Positions 61,602 to 64,000 of a DNA stretch of 64,000 nt are shown one piece after another. Each line of letters starts with the position of its first letter. The first letter of the stretch is position 1. A model generated the notes under the pieces. That model was not told where the DNA came from, searched no databases, and saw only the letters and a program-made list of their open reading frames with translations. Origin of the DNA: Nitrospirota bacterium (GTDB lineage Bacteria > Nitrospirota > UBA9217); assembly GCA_963754875.1 (NCBI GenBank), contig CAVWHO010000016.1, forward strand, positions 384,001 through 448,000. Direction: 5' to 3'. The position numbers were made by a program, and so were the translations under genes.

Positions 61602-62169
61602 CTAACCCGTCCAGGGTAAGCTCGGTGCCAGAAAACAAGGATCTTAGCAAACGAGGGCGCTTCTTCGCATTCATTAGCTCCTCCGTGATAGTTTTGCGCA
61701 GTTCGAATAGGTCGTGCGGACAATAGCGTGCTTCACATAGGACCAGACATAGTCCACAGGGTTGAGTTCTGGGGCATAGGGCGGGAGTTCCACGACCTCC
61801 ATGCTCGGATTCATTGAAAGGAACTCCTTCACAGGGGCTGCGCTATGGATGCTGATTTGATCCCAGATTAGGGTGATTGGGCCACGAAGTCTTTGACGAA
61901 GGTGGGATAGGAACGCTGCTGTCGAATGTCCTTCGAAATTCAAGTTGTCCGGCAGTAAATGGAAGTGGAACCCAAAATGCAGGGGGGACCGCCTGATCGT
62001 CATGGCTCCGATACCTGAGATTCGTTCGTGCGGGGTGGTTACTCGGATGACCGGGGTCTTGCCGCGGGGTGCCCACGTTCGTCGCACTAGTGGGCCAAGC
62101 ATGAAGCCAGTTTCATCAATGAACACAATCTATGACTCTTTCTCTTCTGCTTGCTGCATCACAATCTAG
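61602..62169 (-). pseudogene. IS630 remnant (C-terminal DDE fragment, internally deleted and frameshifted)
   Basis: FIDETGF...RRTWAPRG.TP...IWD...LPPYAPELNPVD..W; no HTH region; CTAG at 62166. Confidence 0.8.
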
Positions 62170-62191
62170 GCAACAGTGGTGCTACTTGCCC

Positions 62192-62248
62192 CTCCAACAC
62201 GCGCGTGAGCCGCGAACTTTCGCGGCGGACTCGACGCGCTCGTTGGAA
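62192..62248 (-). other. attC site 2
   Basis: Minus strand TTCCAAC-GAGCGCGTCGAGTCCGCCGCGAA-AG-TTCGCGGCTCACGCGCGT-GTTGGAG; 57 bp. Confidence 0.82.
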
Positions 62249-62276
62249 TGAGGTTGGTTGATATGATCTCTCTTTG

Positions 62277-63458
62277 TTATTGCATGTCCGATGCTTTATG
62301 TTCAATTTGTTCTTGGGTACCTGACCATTTTAATTTCGACATGACCTCTTGATATTTCAAAAGGGCAGATGCAAATTGTTGACCCGCATCTGGATTGCTG
62401 AACTGGTAACTTTCCTTCAAGCCATGCTTCGATGAAATATTGAAGTCATAATACAATGCAACTGGAATTTGGCAGTTATCTTTAAATCGTCTATCGGGCT
62501 GCCCATTTTTATTTACATACTTCCAAGTGTTAGCAACAACCTTTGTGTCTGATGGCAATCGCTCTGTCTCAATAAAATTCTGCGGATGATGTTCGATTGC
62601 GAAATCACGAAAATCAATTAACCCAAACTCATCGCTCCTCTTATCTTTCATAGCAATGAAACCAGGATAAAAATACAAATCGCCCCCGTTAGCATTTTGC
62701 ATTTTTAAGGCGTCATATTTGGAATTTATAAAATCTACGGAAGCAATTTCAAATCTAACTTTTATCCTATTTACTGAATAATTTGCAGCAGACCTTGTTT
62801 TATATCGATCATTTTCTTGCTCACTCGTTATATCCCATATCGAATCTGACCTGGATAACTGCTCAAAGCTATTTTTTAAGGACAGGTAATCGTTTTTTAT
62901 CTCATCGTCAAAGTTAAAATCAATATCGAGTTTGAAATTGACGTATTCCTTTGTTGCTTCTTCTGCCTCCGCTTGGCATTCTTTAAACGTCTCCTCAAAG
63001 GACTTCATAAAAAATCCAATGAGGAATATTTTCGAAAATATCAGTTTTGTATGTGCTGATTGTGCTTTGGATTTAGCCTGCAAGCTTTCTGTATATAATT
63101 GATGTTTGTCTTTTTCGGCATTAATAATTGTTTCTTTAAGACCGAAAAGTCCTTCGCTTGTAAGAAGCTCCGGATTAAAGCTCTTTATTTCGTTTGCTTC
63201 TGACGCAACTACGCTTGGTTCCGGAATGTCAGGAGGGCCAGTGGCATTGCTTTTTGGAAGAACACGTTTTTCGTTGTTATCTAATTTGATTCTATCGTAG
63301 ATGCCTGAACCAGGGATGCCAACATTTAAGTATTTGCCTTTTGACCCGATGTTTACATTCAGTCCTCTCATACCAACTGTTGCACTCAATCCTGTCTTGC
63401 TAAGATTGAGGGTAAAGCCAGGAAATATCCGCAATCTTTTTCTAAATTTAAAAGACAT
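62277..63458 (-). CDS. DUF4236 domain protein (cassette gene, AT-rich)
   Basis: FRKRLRIFPGFTLNLSK.G.S...GIPGSGI N-terminus; WKYVNKNGQPDRRFKDN. RBS AGGAGG. Confidence 0.85.
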   Translation of the reverse strand: MSFKFRKRLRIFPGFTLNLSKTGLSATVGMRGLNVNIGSKGKYLNVGIPGSGIYDRIKLDNNEKRVLPKSNATGPPDIPEPSVVASEANEIKSFNPELLTSEGLFGLKETIINAEKDKHQLYTESLQAKSKAQSAHTKLIFSKIFLIGFFMKSFEETFKECQAEAEEATKEYVNFKLDIDFNFDDEIKNDYLSLKNSFEQLSRSDSIWDITSEQENDRYKTRSAANYSVNRIKVRFEIASVDFINSKYDALKMQNANGGDLYFYPGFIAMKDKRSDEFGLIDFRDFAIEHHPQNFIETERLPSDTKVVANTWKYVNKNGQPDRRFKDNCQIPVALYYDFNISSKHGLKESYQFSNPDAGQQFASALLKYQEVMSKLKWSGTQEQIEHKASDMQ

Positions 63459-63479
63459 TCGATACCTCCTTGATCTTTG

Positions 63480-63538
63480 AACCAACCGCCGCTGTGTGGG
63501 CGCGTTTTACCGCAACCCTCACGACGGCGTTGTTGTGA
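63480..63538 (-). other. attC site 3
   Basis: Minus strand TCACAAC-AACGCCGTCGTGAGGG...CCCACACAGCGGCG-GTTGGTT; 59 bp. Confidence 0.68.
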
Positions 63539-63580
63539 CTATAGGCAGTGGATTTACGCTATACGTAGCGACACGACAAC

Positions 63581-64000
63581 TCAATATTCAATTTTATTGA
63601 GTCGTGCCTTAGCCGTTTCGGTATAAAAAGAAGTCTGTCCCTTGCTCTTCTCAAGAATTTTATTCAACCACAAGCGCGTGTTCTCCCAGTCCTTTTGTCC
63701 CCAATACGCTTGCGCTATTTGATATCTGAATCCTTGTAGATATGAACTATTGGGAAATGCTGTTTCAAATTCCTCGAATGTCTTTAGCAATTGAGGCATG
63801 TACTTTGAAAAGTTATTTTTGACACCATAGCTGCTGCCATACTGCCCTCTTTCTTCCCATCCAATTAGTACAAACATTTTTCGTTGAAATGCCATTTCTG
63901 CTGCATCTGTACCTGGAAATTCAGAAATCGTTTTATCGTACCACTGAATAGCCAATTCAACGTGTGGTAGCCATGAAGAATCAATAGTAAATGTCGTATC
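63581..64000 (-). CDS. TPR-like protein, C-terminal part (cassette gene, 5' end outside the window)
   Basis: Frame open to 64000; YDKTISEFPGT...FPNS...YQIAQAY helical repeats. Confidence 0.65.
   Translation of the reverse strand, partial: DTTFTIDSSWLPHVELAIQWYDKTISEFPGTDAAEMAFQRKMFVLIGWEERGQYGSSYGVKNNFSKYMPQLLKTFEEFETAFPNSSYLQGFRYQIAQAYWGQKDWENTRLWLNKILEKSKGQTSFYTETAKARLNKIEY

Noticed and set aside
1..64000. CRISPR array, cas genes, tRNA/rRNA, prophage
   Set aside because: By eye I saw no regularly spaced repeat-spacer units, cas or phage genes, or stable-RNA signatures.

Overview
Bacterial chromosomal window, moderately GC-rich. Gene content and order look Nitrospirota/Desulfobacterota-like (inference only). 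Left to right it holds: (i) a housekeeping block (rpsA-like, rimO, yraN, rnhB, rplS, trmD, rimM, rpsP, ffh); (ii) a promoter- and terminator-bounded ~380-nt candidate ncRNA divergent from ffh, then a cytochrome c'; (iii) a GlrK-QseG-GlrR-like sigma-54 system whose target promoter is separated from its genes by three nested IS elements (an IS6-like element carrying two tandem IS630s); (iv) dusB and yajD with another IS630; (v) a heme-c sensor kinase/NtrC pair divergent from a sigma-54 MFS-TauE-ClC-CBS operon; (vi) uup, a repeat-rich surface lipoprotein, a HigBA module between direct repeats, and an IS110/IS1111 element with a recognisable bridge/seek-RNA-like right end; (vii) arfB, rsmE (CTG start), greB, a His-less kinase, a GGDEF-EAL protein, an AsmA-like protein and sppA; (viii) the distal end of an integron-type cassette array with three attC sites, carrying a TumE/DUF6516 TA pair, a DUF4236 protein and a TPR-like protein, with no integrase inside the window. 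Five single-base insertions in conserved genes look like sequencing or assembly errors. All family assignments come from motif recognition by eye, not database searches.
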